A stretch of DNA of 53,473 nucleotides, from IMG/VR virus record IMGVR_UViG_3300012359_000030, positions 1-53,473 of that record; one strand, given 5' to 3'. The DNA comes from a virus (lineage: Duplodnaviria > Caudoviricetes). Both the position numbers and the translations under genes were made by a program. The notes under the pieces were generated by a model. It did not search any database and was not told where the DNA came from. It saw only the letters and a program-made list of their open reading frames with translations. Below, in pieces: positions 28,623 through 39,470 of the stretch. Within the stretch, counting starts at the first letter, position 1. Each line of letters begins with the position of its first letter.

Positions 28623-29633
28623 ATGACACGAGCAGTATTATTACCATCGACAGGAGATCCATTTCTTTTACGCGCGTGGCTGAAATGCTTTGAGAGATGG
28701 GAGGATGAAGTTGATAAGCTATATATTTGTATCAACAATCGCGAAATGCAATCTAACGAATTAGGCTATATTCTTGATTTAGTTACCTTCAATCCAAAAA
28801 TTCACCATCAGGAATATTTCCTTACTCTCGATCACGGTCCGGCGATCAATAAAATGCTCGATGTATGCCAGGAAGGTGCTATCATGCTAGCTGAAGATGA
28901 TGCCCTTATTTTCAAAAAAGGACAGGTAGAATCCTGCTTTAAAAGAATTCAAGACAACGAAGTTGATGTCATAGGTTCTGCGCGGGGCAGTTGTGCCAAA
29001 GAAATCTATGAACGTGCTGAAGAAGTATGGGGTACGCCTCCTCAAGCTCCTAACTTCTGGCCGAACTTCTTCTTCATCCTAAAAAAGAATCTTCTCCAAA
29101 CAGACCGTCACTTTCACGCGAAGCAATGGGTTCGCGGGGATTACATTAAAGAACTCGATCTCGAAATCACCGATGAGATATCCCCTGCCGATACGTTCGT
29201 ATGGGCTTCTATTCAACTGCGGGGTATGAATCTCCGGGCAGAACTCGTCGATCAATACCATTCCCGTCCCGAAGATATTCAGGATAAAGAACAGGTATTA
29301 GGTATCTTTGACAGGAAATGTCCCTGGGTACATATCGGTTCGATGTCAGGTTGGCAATTTACTCTCATGAGTGCTACACTACAACCGAGGCTTGGAAGTA
29401 TTAGTGAATGGGAGAGGCGAGCTGCCGCGTGGCTCATGGTATGGGAAGACGCACAGGAAGATTTGCCTGAATCTATGCAAAAGTTTTCAAATCTATATAA
29501 ATCTGGGATAGATCGGCTTATTACCGAATATACCCTCTCTCCTGCCAGAGTTAGATTACGAACTGATTTATTTAGATATCTTATTAACCCTGAGTTATAT
29601 ATGAAGAGACTTGAAGAGCGGAATACATTATGA
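28623..29633 (+). CDS. Putative GT-A glycosyltransferase
   Basis: LAEDDALIF; MTRA..GDPF..EVDKLYI..GS.RGSC..WPNFFF..DTFVWA shared with 27342. Confidence 0.65.
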   Translation: MTRAVLLPSTGDPFLLRAWLKCFERWEDEVDKLYICINNREMQSNELGYILDLVTFNPKIHHQEYFLTLDHGPAINKMLDVCQEGAIMLAEDDALIFKKGQVESCFKRIQDNEVDVIGSARGSCAKEIYERAEEVWGTPPQAPNFWPNFFFILKKNLLQTDRHFHAKQWVRGDYIKELDLEITDEISPADTFVWASIQLRGMNLRAELVDQYHSRPEDIQDKEQVLGIFDRKCPWVHIGSMSGWQFTLMSATLQPRLGSISEWERRAAAWLMVWEDAQEDLPESMQKFSNLYKSGIDRLITEYTLSPARVRLRTDLFRYLINPELYMKRLEERNTL

Positions 29634-30445
29634 AAAAAAGTTTAATAGTTTGCTGGATTTCAAATAATGACTATCCTCTCTTCAGAGAATGGTTAGAGAA
29701 ATATCACTCATTCTTTGATGAGATTATCATCCATTGGGATATCATGTTCCGTTTTCCTTTTTACAATGCTTTCATTCAATCTTCCCTCTCTCACATTCCA
29801 AACATCAAATTTTTAGATATGGTTCAGCGGGAACTCGGAGTAGATGATTGGAGACATGCGGCCACGACAGAGATGTTGAGACATGCTACGGGAGACTGGA
29901 TTATCTCTATTGAGCAAGATTGGTTTAGCAAAGATTGGGATAGACTTCTAAATGCCTCAGAGCAAGCTATGAAGAATTCAGATCTTTTTGGCTGGTACAA
30001 TCCTACCAACTTCCCCTATATCCATCCTGCCTATTTTTTTATCAAAAGAGAAATGCTTGAGAAGACCCGCAAAGACTTCTCTCCTCATGCGGAGATCAAT
30101 GGAGCAGATCACTTCGCCATGATTACCAGGGATGCTTTAGATAATGGAGCGAAACTAATTAAACTCCAAGACCTGGGATTCGTTACTGACAAACTTGATC
30201 CACGCGAGACAGATTGCTTTCATTTGGGCGGAGTAAATCAGAACTACCTCGATTTCGATGTGAGATTTCAAGCAAATGCGATTCATCGACCTGAAATATT
30301 CTCAGTCTATAATCATTTTTCCAGGAAAGCCAACGTAGATCAATCTCCTTATTTCATGTCTATTATGGATAAAGTATCACCCCGTCTAGTAGAAATGACA
30401 CAGATAGATCCTGAATTAAGCGACTGGAGGAAATTCTTTATATGA
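29630..30445 (+). CDS. Putative GT-A glycosyltransferase
   Basis: DWRH...GDWIISIEQDWF, HPAYFF; paralog of 30442. Confidence 0.6.
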   Translation: MKKSLIVCWISNNDYPLFREWLEKYHSFFDEIIIHWDIMFRFPFYNAFIQSSLSHIPNIKFLDMVQRELGVDDWRHAATTEMLRHATGDWIISIEQDWFSKDWDRLLNASEQAMKNSDLFGWYNPTNFPYIHPAYFFIKREMLEKTRKDFSPHAEINGADHFAMITRDALDNGAKLIKLQDLGFVTDKLDPRETDCFHLGGVNQNYLDFDVRFQANAIHRPEIFSVYNHFSRKANVDQSPYFMSIMDKVSPRLVEMTQIDPELSDWRKFFI

Positions 30446-31128
30446 ATATAGATGTCATTGTCTCATGGCCTATTCACCTGGATTTTCCTCTATGGAGGCA
30501 ATTTATTCATGAGAATAGATCCAGATTTAACAAAGTGATCGTCGTCTTTACCCAGATGAACACAGGCAGAGATTATCGTCCATTTCTTCGGGAGCAATTG
30601 AGTAAGGAAGGGGTTAGTATCATAGATAATGATGAGGTAGAGGGCGGTCAGGATTGGAGAAATGTCGCGGTACGCAAAGCTCTCGGAGTCTCAGATGCGG
30701 AATGGATATGGTTCACCGAACAGGACTTCTTTCCACAGAAGGATTTCTGGGATAAAGTTGCATATTATTCGTTTCATACTGATGCCTTTGGATATTACCA
30801 GGATACACGGCTTCATCCTTGTTGTATCTTCATAAGACGTAATCGACTTGATCAGACGACTAAGGACTTTTCAGCTAACCCGCCGGGATATGATCATTTT
30901 GGTAAATTGCAATTAGATCTTGAGAAAGGTTTACCAATTGGAAAAATAGATAAGGAATATGGTCATCATTATAACGGTCTTTCCCAGAATATCTGGCTTC
31001 TCATGAATGGACTCGAGCCGAATTATAATCCCCCGGAATTCAAAGAATATTGCAGGAAATGTCTCGCGCTTGATATTCCCATTGAGCCGAATATGAAAGC
31101 ATTATTTGAAAAATATGTTAGTATTTAG
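30442..31128 (+). CDS. Putative GT-A glycosyltransferase
   Basis: DWRN...EWIWFTEQDFF, HPCCIF, DHF. Confidence 0.6.
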   Translation: MNIDVIVSWPIHLDFPLWRQFIHENRSRFNKVIVVFTQMNTGRDYRPFLREQLSKEGVSIIDNDEVEGGQDWRNVAVRKALGVSDAEWIWFTEQDFFPQKDFWDKVAYYSFHTDAFGYYQDTRLHPCCIFIRRNRLDQTTKDFSANPPGYDHFGKLQLDLEKGLPIGKIDKEYGHHYNGLSQNIWLLMNGLEPNYNPPEFKEYCRKCLALDIPIEPNMKALFEKYVSI

Positions 31129-32158
31129 CGACAGGCATCATGAATCACTCTATTCCTCTCTCGTCATGCTCTTCGAAGACAGACTCGGAGGAGAACTTTA
31201 TTATCCTTTAGGCATGGAGTGGTATGAACAGGGATATTGGAATGTCTATCCTCATCCCGCAACAGCGAAACAATATTTGTCTTTAGATCAGCTATATCAC
31301 CCTGAAGACGGCACACCTCCCCTCAATCAAATCATGGAGATACACGAAGGCATCTTCTCAGTCGAAAGTACAGATACCCATAAATACATCAAAGGAATCA
31401 GACTCGACAAATTCAAAGAAATGAGATTCGACATCCTGATCGCTACTCTCCCCCAACATATTGAACCATTCAAGAAATTAATCTCAACCTACCAACCCCA
31501 AGCGAAACTCATCTACCAGATCGGTAATCAATGGAATATCGACTTAACCGTAGTTAAGAATGTTATGGCATCAGCAAACATAGATATACCAAAAGATGTC
31601 AACGGTGTGATTTATCATCAGGAGTTCGATCTCAATATTTTCGATTATACTCCCGTTCCTATGGCGAAAAAAATATATAGCTTCATTAATTGCCTGAGTA
31701 TGGTTGATATTTATCGGAAAGATTGGGAGTTATTTTTAGAACTGGAACGCCTGTTGCCAGATTGGGAATTCAAAAGCTTCGGCGGTCAATGCAGGGACGG
31801 ATGGTGTAACGGAACGAAAGAACTTGCCGATAAGATGAAAGAAGCTGCCTTCATTTTTGCGTGTAAGAATGAAGGTGATGGTTATGGACATGTTATTCAT
31901 AACGCAGCAGCTATTGGAAGACCATTAATTGTCAGAAAGTCCGATTATGATGGCAAGCTCGCCGAACCATTACTCGAAATGTCCACAAGTATATATGTAG
32001 ACAATAAAACGCCGCAAGAGATAGCAAGCGAAATTCAAGAAACTCATGATAATGGCTTTGATTATCTGAAAGGGAAACGTATCTATACCAAGTTCAAAGA
32101 GCAAGTCAATTTCGATCACGAAATTCATAAAATCCGTAACTTTTTAGATTTCTTATGA
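31106..32158 (+). CDS. Glycosyltransferase (GT-B fold); start likely ATG at 31115
   Basis: GDGYGHVIHNAAAIGRPLI. Confidence 0.7.
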   Translation: MKNMLVFSDRHHESLYSSLVMLFEDRLGGELYYPLGMEWYEQGYWNVYPHPATAKQYLSLDQLYHPEDGTPPLNQIMEIHEGIFSVESTDTHKYIKGIRLDKFKEMRFDILIATLPQHIEPFKKLISTYQPQAKLIYQIGNQWNIDLTVVKNVMASANIDIPKDVNGVIYHQEFDLNIFDYTPVPMAKKIYSFINCLSMVDIYRKDWELFLELERLLPDWEFKSFGGQCRDGWCNGTKELADKMKEAAFIFACKNEGDGYGHVIHNAAAIGRPLIVRKSDYDGKLAEPLLEMSTSIYVDNKTPQEIASEIQETHDNGFDYLKGKRIYTKFKEQVNFDHEIHKIRNFLDFL

Positions 32159-32385
32159 AACTTATCTTACATGCGATTAGAATTAATCCAAACGTTATCG
32201 AGGAAATTCAGATAGAAGATGTATCCCATTTTTCTGTTGATGATTCGAATATCGTGGTTCAGTTCAACGACGGCAAGCATGAACTCATTCCACTTCGTGC
32301 CAATGACGGACAACAGATTCATGAATGGTCAGGATTCTCGATCTTCGTGACGAGAGTTGGATTGAAAGTAGATATGAATAAATAA
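32155..32385 (+). CDS. Hypothetical protein
   Basis: ATGA-coupled. Confidence 0.55.
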   Translation: MKLILHAIRINPNVIEEIQIEDVSHFSVDDSNIVVQFNDGKHELIPLRANDGQQIHEWSGFSIFVTRVGLKVDMNK

Positions 32386-32386
32386 T

Positions 32387-32791
32387 ATGAGTAAAATGAT
32401 TTGTATCCCATGTAATATGGAATTCCCTTCCGATGCTATTTATATAAGGCATAAGAATTCCGGTCATGTTGCTTTTCGCGAGAAAGGAATTGTTCTTGAT
32501 TCGCCACCCGAACCGCTTCTTCCTCCCGGCTTTCCCGAACCTACTTCCGAATTCGTCGAGATGGTCAATAGAATTGAGAACAAAACAGAAGAACCAAAAC
32601 CTTCGCAGCATCCATCCGAATTACCTCCGGCATCTCCGATTACTCTCGAATATATCTGGCGCGGCGAATGTCCTTCTGATAGAGCTTCAGTTACGACACT
32701 TGAACTCGATGTAGCGAACAAACATTTCTGTATTGCCATTTGTTCGATCTGTAGAAAGCAATTAGCGACTATGGAGGTGGCAAAACTATGA
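32387..32791 (+). CDS. Zn-finger protein with Pro-rich linker
   Basis: CIPC...H...H and C-terminal CSIC. Confidence 0.6.
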   Translation: MSKMICIPCNMEFPSDAIYIRHKNSGHVAFREKGIVLDSPPEPLLPPGFPEPTSEFVEMVNRIENKTEEPKPSQHPSELPPASPITLEYIWRGECPSDRASVTTLELDVANKHFCIAICSICRKQLATMEVAKL

Positions 32792-32924
32792 ATAACGAAC
32801 GTACCTATGTTCAACTTGTACATAAAAATATTGAAACCCTTCTCAAAATAATTGAAACAAAAGATGATATTATTCGTATGTTAATGACAGAATTATTGCC
32901 TGGCAAGGAGGTGGCAAGAGAATA

Positions 32925-33149
32925 ATGGGACAAGTAGTATATCGACAAAAAAATACCTATACCAAACGCTGTGATAAATGCGGCAGGTTATCTCACTATA
33001 TTTACCGTATTCAATTAGGTCAATTCTGGTATAACTTCTGCTCGGGCATGTGTACAGACGCAGCCCAGAAAGAATATCAATCCAAGGAAAAGAACGGCAT
33101 TTCACCAAGCAGTTTGGAACCGATTGAAGAAGGAGGTGATATTGCATGA
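32925..33149 (+). CDS. Small Zn-binding protein
   Basis: CDKC...FCSGMC. Confidence 0.55.
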   Translation: MGQVVYRQKNTYTKRCDKCGRLSHYIYRIQLGQFWYNFCSGMCTDAAQKEYQSKEKNGISPSSLEPIEEGGDIA

Positions 33150-33457
33150 CCGAAGAACAAAGAAAGATAGACATGGAGGTGTTTGAAGCCGAAGCGAAAA
33201 AAACAGCTCTTCAGTTACCGAATCACAAACTAAAAGAGTTTACCCTGAATACCATAGAACAGCAAATGCTTGCCGAACAGGAGACTATTGTCGCACTGGC
33301 TAGAGCTTCACAGGATAAAATTATCAATGAATATGTTCTCAGTAGAGTTGGAGTTACCCCAAGTCCTGCGATTCATATAAGGTATTCAATTAGTCTGGGA
33401 AGATTCGTAGTATATACACCCAAATTACCCAAGGGATCGTCTAAAGAAAAGTCGTAG
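33146..33457 (+). CDS. Hypothetical protein
   Basis: GGAGGTG SD. Confidence 0.6.
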   Translation: MTEEQRKIDMEVFEAEAKKTALQLPNHKLKEFTLNTIEQQMLAEQETIVALARASQDKIINEYVLSRVGVTPSPAIHIRYSISLGRFVVYTPKLPKGSSKEKS

Positions 33458-33551
33458 TTATTGTTTATTAACCCATCGAAGAAAGAATATAAGCGGCAGA
33501 CATAGGATAAATAATAACGACGTGAAGAATGTCTTCATGGCATCTCAATTC

Positions 33552-34904
33552 TTATAATCCAACGCCGAGAAGACTACGCAATCGGCTCGAACTCGCTAGC
33601 GAAACAGCATTTATATCCCGTATACCAATTGCCGCGATAGACCAGGTAGCAGCAGCTCCCACATTGGTATATGACATCGTGACAGATCCCGCAGGGGTTT
33701 GCGGTCCCGTTGTCTCATCTGCTCCTGAACCGAGAGTCCCAGTCGTATTATTGCGGGATGTTTGATTAGCGGTAATACTCGTATCACTTGACGCGACTGC
33801 CCCGATAACCCAATCATTATCTGCCACAGTCGTTACGCTCACCGTGGCATCGGCAGCTCCTATATTTGTTGCTGACGCGGAATTAAATCCTTCAGTCGGA
33901 GAGACTTGATGCACTCCATCCAAAGATATCGCACTTCCTATGCTATCCAACCCGGTAGATAATGTCACAGCGATACTATTTGTCCCGATAGTCGGATTTA
34001 TCAGTCCCCACATTTCTATACGTACTGCTCCTGATGCAGATGCTTTTGCTCCCAGGAACGTCATTGCCACTCCTCCATAGGTAATAGAAGTTACCGAAGA
34101 CCCCGCTACCGATAACATCGCGATATCTACTTCCAGATATCTGTTCGCCCCATTCGTTGTATGATTCCATGAATACGAAGCACTCGCTGTCTGGTATCCC
34201 GAGTTCGATACAGCATCAAATCCTATTACTTCCGCCTTGATTTCGATTGCTATCCCTCCCAACATCGCATTGGCTGAAAAAGTAGCATCCACGGTCGTAT
34301 CATTACTCACTTTCCATTCAGATACGATATCTATTCCGGTTCCTCCTCCCTGTGTCTCATTTGTAGCCAATTGACTAAACCCTGCACCTACCGAACTAAG
34401 CGTATGACTCCCGTCAGATGCCAATACTCCATATGTCGCATTATTCGTATTACTGAATGCTCCCAATGTCACCGTCAATGTCGGTGAGGTAGCTGTTTCG
34501 TCTTTATTCGTCGCTGATTGTACGACAGCTCCCGCGCCATTAGCTCCTGATGTATCAATCCCTGCTGCCTGATCCACCACCCAATCCACATCTGTCTGAT
34601 TTTGTCCGCCAAAATCAATAGAAATAGCCCCGCTCGTCGGACTAGCTCCAAGTCCACGGAAAAGCGTTATTCTTTTCCTACTTGCGCTTGTTGTATCCCA
34701 CACAATAGTCGCAATCGCCACCCAAGTCAGTCCGTTCCCCGTGAGAGTAGGTTGATTAGGATCAGCAGTGATATTTGTACGCGAATTAACTGCGACAAGA
34801 ATAAGATTATTACTTGCCGGAGAGATAGAAGCAGTCGCGGCAGTGCTATTGCCATCAATATCTGCTCCCGATGTGAGATTTGTTATTGAGACCAGTTGCG
34901 CCAT
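33552..34904 (-). CDS. Virion/tail-fibre-associated protein with two beta-rich domains
   Basis: Thr/Ser/Ala/Gly-rich repeated domain; LLGVGL C-terminus. Confidence 0.7.
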   Translation of the reverse strand: MAQLVSITNLTSGADIDGNSTAATASISPASNNLILVAVNSRTNITADPNQPTLTGNGLTWVAIATIVWDTTSASRKRITLFRGLGASPTSGAISIDFGGQNQTDVDWVVDQAAGIDTSGANGAGAVVQSATNKDETATSPTLTVTLGAFSNTNNATYGVLASDGSHTLSSVGAGFSQLATNETQGGGTGIDIVSEWKVSNDTTVDATFSANAMLGGIAIEIKAEVIGFDAVSNSGYQTASASYSWNHTTNGANRYLEVDIAMLSVAGSSVTSITYGGVAMTFLGAKASASGAVRIEMWGLINPTIGTNSIAVTLSTGLDSIGSAISLDGVHQVSPTEGFNSASATNIGAADATVSVTTVADNDWVIGAVASSDTSITANQTSRNNTTGTLGSGADETTGPQTPAGSVTMSYTNVGAAATWSIAAIGIRDINAVSLASSSRLRSLLGVGL

Positions 34905-34906
34905 AG

Positions 34907-36157
34907 TTACACTCCTTTATATCCGCTCATAGAAGCGATTACATTTGCTCCCGTCGTTACAGGTTGACAATTAATAGCAGTGGCGGCTGTTCCTCTGAGA
35001 GGAGTAGGAAATGTAGCAGTATATCCTCCTCCCGCAGCCGCAGCATATCCTTCATGGATAATAGTTGCCCCGTCAAGAATTTTTACAAAGGTACCCACAG
35101 TTGCATGAGAATTCGTAACAGTTATTTGCGTAAGATATGTTCTTACTCCTGCCGCTTGAGCTGAAATAACAGCAGTGGAAGTAGTATCGGTGATAGCCGC
35201 CGTAGTTCCATTAACAAAATTTTCCGGGTTGGCATAAGGTAATACAATCAACTTCCCTACTAAATCCGCTACCAGTTGCACCATTCTCGCTGTAGTGACA
35301 GCACTATTCTCAGACGAGACAGCCTGCGCACCAGTATTAATAGGATTTGTGCCGATAGCGACATTTGTCGCGACATTTCCTCCCACAGCCTGTGTACCTG
35401 CTACTCCCGCTGTTACTATTGAAGTACCGGCTACAGAAGTCAAATCCGCCTGAAGCGCATTCCCCGCGGTGACATTTACTCCCCGTTCATTTCCCGCGGC
35501 ATCACGAATTTGATCATATACCTCTCTTCTTACTGACATGCGGACATTCCCGAATTGATTTTCCGTAATAGCAGTTGGAGATACATCATCAAATTGCGCA
35601 AGTAATCCCACAGCTCCGATACCTGTCCCCGTAGTATTATTCGCGTTTACAATAGATCTCCATAAATCAACAGATGAACCATTGTAGACTCCATTCTGTG
35701 CATATACTTTCGCCGCACCTGTCAGATTGGCTGTATCAGCCGCAGTCGCCACAGTCAATGAATTAGTACTGCTTGCGCCGAATATTTCAACACGCAAAGC
35801 TCCACGGGAACCTACATTCAAGATATTGAATTGGGTATCAGTTAAAGTAGGTAAGGTATTATTGTATTTTGCTATCGTTGATACATTCAAAGCACCTGTT
35901 ATAGTAGCTACATTACTTACATCGCCAAATGTTGGCGTAACAGAAGCGATCTGGGAAATATTAGAAATCGTAGATAATGGAGTAAGTGTGGATAATTGGG
36001 CTGCGGTGAGTACCACAGGCAACGAAGATGCGGCCAATTGCTGCCCCAGAGAAAAAGCTGCTCCTCCTACCTGCTTAATATTTACATCACTCGTTCCAGT
36101 TATAGACACGCTCCCTAGTGAAACCGATGTAGCCGATCCGCCATTAAGTCTCGCCAT
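34907..36157 (-). CDS. Virion structural/tail-fibre protein
   Basis: Thr/Ala/Gly-rich, in the tail operon. Confidence 0.7.
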   Translation of the reverse strand: MARLNGGSATSVSLGSVSITGTSDVNIKQVGGAAFSLGQQLAASSLPVVLTAAQLSTLTPLSTISNISQIASVTPTFGDVSNVATITGALNVSTIAKYNNTLPTLTDTQFNILNVGSRGALRVEIFGASSTNSLTVATAADTANLTGAAKVYAQNGVYNGSSVDLWRSIVNANNTTGTGIGAVGLLAQFDDVSPTAITENQFGNVRMSVRREVYDQIRDAAGNERGVNVTAGNALQADLTSVAGTSIVTAGVAGTQAVGGNVATNVAIGTNPINTGAQAVSSENSAVTTARMVQLVADLVGKLIVLPYANPENFVNGTTAAITDTTSTAVISAQAAGVRTYLTQITVTNSHATVGTFVKILDGATIIHEGYAAAAGGGYTATFPTPLRGTAATAINCQPVTTGANVIASMSGYKGV

Positions 36158-36972
36158 TAAGCGTCTCCTCCTTCCATGAGATCATTCATCTCAAGCACAC
36201 GTATATCGGCACTTCCCCCTGCGGTAACTGCGTAGACGATATTTCTCGGACCCGCATCCAATGATGGACCATATGTTCCCGCAGGGACGGGTATGCCTGT
36301 AGCCGAAGTCACATTCGCTCCGCCTACATAAATAGTCGTTGAGGCTGAGTTATTATAAATGGTGAGACTTCTCCTGTCTGCCAATGCTGTTCCAGGCAAT
36401 GGAGTTAACGCGGAAGTTACGGTTACAGCAGTCGCCATAACAGTTCCCCGGTTAGGATTCAGAGAAACATTCGTCACTGGTTGAGGAATCATCCAGTTTT
36501 GGATCTCGACAGGTATGGTCTTATCAGGAAAGCCAACATTTGCCGCCTCTTTGTTGATCAAGATATTAAATCCTTTCTTCAGTTCCTCAATTCCTTCGAG
36601 AAGGTCATCGAAGCTCTTCACCCGGATTTCATTATTAATTGATAAATCATTGGGAATTTTGATATTAACTGCCTGCATAGCCTTGACAGTAGTCCGTTGG
36701 AGTTCATTGATTTGATTCGCGAGTGCTATAAAAGCGTTATTGAGTTCTGAGAGGTTTTTGATCTGAACAGGTGGCAATGAGTCAATTTTGTCAATAGACA
36801 CTTTCCCGAATACTTGAAACATATGAGGAATGTCAACTCTGAATTTCCCGGTAGTTGTCAGGATTTCAGTGAGTTTTCCGTTAATCTTATCAAGCAACGT
36901 AAGGGTACGGGGATCAGCAATCTCTTTGAATTGCAAATCTAGGTCGTTTAATTCCAAATCGTCGGGTTTCAT
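36157..36972 (-). CDS. Virion protein, paralog of 39470-40504
   Basis: C-terminal PQPVTNVSLNPNRG...LDAGPRNIVYAVT...LEMNDL shared. Confidence 0.7.
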   Translation of the reverse strand: MKPDDLELNDLDLQFKEIADPRTLTLLDKINGKLTEILTTTGKFRVDIPHMFQVFGKVSIDKIDSLPPVQIKNLSELNNAFIALANQINELQRTTVKAMQAVNIKIPNDLSINNEIRVKSFDDLLEGIEELKKGFNILINKEAANVGFPDKTIPVEIQNWMIPQPVTNVSLNPNRGTVMATAVTVTSALTPLPGTALADRRSLTIYNNSASTTIYVGGANVTSATGIPVPAGTYGPSLDAGPRNIVYAVTAGGSADIRVLEMNDLMEGGDA

Positions 36973-37039
36973 AGTAGATATACTCTACCAGGTTGTTCCT
37001 TTGGAGCTATCTTAATTATATCACATTGAGGCTATTTTC

Positions 37040-39130
37040 CTAGCTCAAAGCAAACCATGGGGAACTAGCCAAAGAAGTAAATGTTCCCAGGGATGACGGA
37101 GCAGTAGTGCCTATTCCTGTGTCAGCAGTGAAAAATCGTGACGCGCTTGAAGCGAGATTGGCATTTGGCCCATTATTCCCCGCACCCCGTCCGAACTGAC
37201 CGAATGTAGATCCCGTTGAGACATCTTCCCATGCGACCGCGTATATCTTACCCGCTGTTACGGTATATGGACCGCTTGCTAGTGCAATAGTTTTGACTCC
37301 CGTAGTCTGAAAAGGAGTAGATTGATCTGCGGATTTCGCAATCAGATTCTTGCTTGAATCATATAATGCGACGAAGCAGTTCTGCAAATTAGCTCCCGCT
37401 GATGTGATATTTACAATAACGTTAGTTACACTACAGGTAACAGGAAGAATTAATGTTGATCCGAAAACGAGTTTCGCGGTAGGATTGTAATTATTCACCA
37501 TCCCGACAGGATCATATGACCATGTTAAGAGACTTGCGTTGTCCCACGGAGTCCAGCCTGCGTCTTGCGGAAATGGATTATTGCTCAGAGCAATCGTTCT
37601 CCAATAGGTTCCATCAGAATAGCCTATCCAATATGCTCCCGGAGAATTCAGAACAATACTTGGCTTATTATTGTCTATCGCAGTGCCTCCTGAAACGGAG
37701 ATAGTAAGGGTAACGGTAGTAGTCAGTGAGTTTGATTCGTCCTTGATCACAAAGACCTCATTGGTATTTCCCGCAGCAGGGGCAGGGAGAGTAAAAGTCC
37801 GGCTCGAAGTTATCGAAGTTAGCGGAACGATCATATCAGATGCACTGAGCGTATGCCCCGTATCTGCCTGAGCAGACCGGTTCATAAAAAGATTCTGGAG
37901 TGTCTTATTTGTGACGTTTTGTGTACCATTTGTCGAAAGTACATGACCACTCGTACTTGAAGGGGTTGTTATAGTCAAATCTGTCCCTGAAAAATTACCA
38001 TTCGCATCGATATATGCCTTCTCGACATTACTTAATAACCCCTGGAAGAATTTACCTCCGGCTCGTACACCCTTTGCGATAAATTGTATAGGAGATCCAG
38101 AGTTAGCATATGTATCTTCCGCTATTAGGAGTCCTGCCGCATCGCCTGTTCCGTCCCGATAATAATGAAGATACTCCCCGGCAGTATTGAGGTTTCTGTG
38201 CATAATAACTCTTTGATCTTTGAAAGTATTATTTTCGATAAAAGCATTCCCCGCACCATTATCGATAATACTCGTTGACCATCCGCCCCATCCATTTCCT
38301 GAGTAATAATTCCCCATGAACTGATTGTTCGCGCTGGAAGAATCTAGCTGTACATGAGTAACAGTTCCCCGGTCATTACATTCTATGCGGTTGTTAGTAA
38401 AATTGTTTCCTATGTCATTGGACTCAACACCTATAAGGAAGTCCTCACAGGAATTATTAATAAAATGGTTGTCATTTCCGTACTGGATGTTAATAGGATA
38501 TTCAACTCCTGTCCCCCCTGATGCTTTAGTAAATCCACATCCATTAAGAGTATTTTCATTTGGTTTGAAGGCAGTCGCATCGGGATCACGGGTAAATAAA
38601 AATCCATTGGTACATTCTTCTACTTTCGTACGATAGAAGCGGAGAAAATAGGATTGCCCCCATACTTTGACCGCTGTCTCGAAATTTGTAATCAAAACTC
38701 TCTCAAAATCCGAATCAAATTGATACATCATATCCAGTCCTATGGCTCCCGCATTAGTTTTAGCAGTGTTATCGAGGGTTAAGTCGGATACTTTTAGTTT
38801 ATATCGTGCCGTTGTGGGGCTTGTTTTTTGAATAGCGGAGAAATTAGCCTTATTCCATGTCAAGTAGGTAACATTCATTCCCATTCCGACGAGTTGAATA
38901 GCTGAAGTATCAGGAATACTAATTGAATTTGACAGGATATAATTTCCTTCACGCAGCAATACTCTTCCATTCGTTGCATAACTCGCCACTTTGGTCAACG
39001 CGGCATTTATCGTCACGTCATCATTTGACCCGGTAGTCACATAATCAGCATATTGCGCGAATGGACTGCTTTGCGGACATACGACGATTGTATCTGTTTT
39101 CGGGAATGGTCTTCGGGTAATGTCTGACAT
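37040..39130 (-). CDS. Tailspike/receptor-binding protein with pectin-lyase-like beta-helix
   Basis: ADYVTTGSNDDVTINAAL...GRVLLREGNY start of beta-helix, Asn ladders; start placed at MSDITRRP just after the upstream TAA. Confidence 0.8.
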   Translation of the reverse strand: MSDITRRPFPKTDTIVVCPQSSPFAQYADYVTTGSNDDVTINAALTKVASYATNGRVLLREGNYILSNSISIPDTSAIQLVGMGMNVTYLTWNKANFSAIQKTSPTTARYKLKVSDLTLDNTAKTNAGAIGLDMMYQFDSDFERVLITNFETAVKVWGQSYFLRFYRTKVEECTNGFLFTRDPDATAFKPNENTLNGCGFTKASGGTGVEYPINIQYGNDNHFINNSCEDFLIGVESNDIGNNFTNNRIECNDRGTVTHVQLDSSSANNQFMGNYYSGNGWGGWSTSIIDNGAGNAFIENNTFKDQRVIMHRNLNTAGEYLHYYRDGTGDAAGLLIAEDTYANSGSPIQFIAKGVRAGGKFFQGLLSNVEKAYIDANGNFSGTDLTITTPSSTSGHVLSTNGTQNVTNKTLQNLFMNRSAQADTGHTLSASDMIVPLTSITSSRTFTLPAPAAGNTNEVFVIKDESNSLTTTVTLTISVSGGTAIDNNKPSIVLNSPGAYWIGYSDGTYWRTIALSNNPFPQDAGWTPWDNASLLTWSYDPVGMVNNYNPTAKLVFGSTLILPVTCSVTNVIVNITSAGANLQNCFVALYDSSKNLIAKSADQSTPFQTTGVKTIALASGPYTVTAGKIYAVAWEDVSTGSTFGQFGRGAGNNGPNANLASSASRFFTADTGIGTTAPSSLGTFTSLASSPWFALS

Positions 39131-39131
39131 A

Positions 39132-39470
39132 TTAATTGTAGTAAATATACGTGACCCCCTCGCCATTGACGAGAGAATCTATATAAACCAGATTCAAGTT
39201 TGAAACATAGAGATCATAACTATCTCCCGCATAGAGAGGCACACCTTTGCGGGTAGCCAAAGCAGCCACGACATCCGATCCTCCTACAGTGACAATGTTT
39301 GTATTATTTGTCATAGCTATGACAATAACTTTTTGACAAGGAATGCTTGAGGAAGAAAGCTGTACTCTCGTGCCTGCGGTTGTAACAATCTTGTTCCCAT
39401 CTGTAATTGAGGTAAATAACCCTGAAAGTATTCCTGTGCTATTACCAGTACCCCCATTAAGTCTTGTCAT
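39132..39470 (-). CDS. Small virion protein
   Basis: VTTAGTRVQL...NLNLVYIDSLVNGEGV beta-sandwich pattern. Confidence 0.7.
   Translation of the reverse strand: MTRLNGGTGNSTGILSGLFTSITDGNKIVTTAGTRVQLSSSSIPCQKVIVIAMTNNTNIVTVGGSDVVAALATRKGVPLYAGDSYDLYVSNLNLVYIDSLVNGEGVTYIYYN

Noticed and set aside
39130-39166. Programmed frameshift between the overlapping ORFs 39132-39470 and 37040-39166
   Set aside because: An in-frame ATG immediately after the upstream stop removes the overlap; no slippery site seen
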